A stretch of 64,000 nucleotides of DNA. It comes from Macrostomum lignano (Eukaryota). Below the pieces are notes generated by a model that was given only the letters and a program-made list of their open reading frames with translations, was not told the origin of the DNA and ran no database searches. Positions 63,790-64,000 of this stretch are shown piece after piece. Every line of letters starts with the position of its first letter. Within the stretch, counting starts at the first letter, position 1. Location of the stretch: contig NIVC01000746.1 in assembly GCA_002269645.1 (NCBI GenBank), forward strand, positions 390,275 through 454,274, written 5' to 3'. The position numbers and the translations under genes were made by a program.

Positions 63790-64000
63790 TACGCCCTCTC
63801 CATCTACCTCTCCCTCTCCCTCTCCCTCCCCTCCCTCTTCTCTCCCTCTCCTCTCCCTCTCCTCTTCCTCTCCCTCTCCTCTCCCTCCCTCTTCCTCTCC
63901 CTCTCCTCTCCCTCTCCCTCTCCCTCTCCTTCTCTCCTCTCCCTCTCACCTCTCCCTCTCCCTCTCCCCTCCTCTCCTCTCCTCTCCCTCTCACTCTCAC
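63790..64000. repeat. CCTCTC-type polypyrimidine tract running to the window end
   Basis: Read directly from the sequence. Confidence 0.9.

Overview
Eukaryotic (animal) genomic DNA. By my hand tally about 55% of it (~35 kb) is roughly 28 distinct tandem arrays with 3-80 bp units, separated by 0.4-2.5 kb unique spacers. GC-rich codons, CAG polyQ and the extreme simple-repeat load suggest a Macrostomum-like flatworm, but this is inference only. Recognisable genes: (1) a single-exon, transmembrane-less synaptotagmin-7-like ORF (320-1576, +); (2) a two-exon SSUH2-like zinc-finger gene (27826-26093, -); (3) four phase-consistent exons of a GluN1/NMDAR1-like receptor (58492-52320, -), with substitutions at glycine-contacting positions and no findable exons for the rest of S2, M4 or the tail. 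Two 5'-truncated LINE fragments with nearly intact frames each sit inside a tandem array. One is an RTE-like element with a four-zinc-finger C-terminus inside a (CAT/CAC)n microsatellite. The other is an RNase H + CCHC (I-group, Loa/R1-like) element with a (TAAG)n tail inside a 16-bp minisatellite in a GluN1 intron. Most long ORFs in the supplied track are artefacts of stop-free repeats. No CRISPR array, rRNA or complete tRNA was found.
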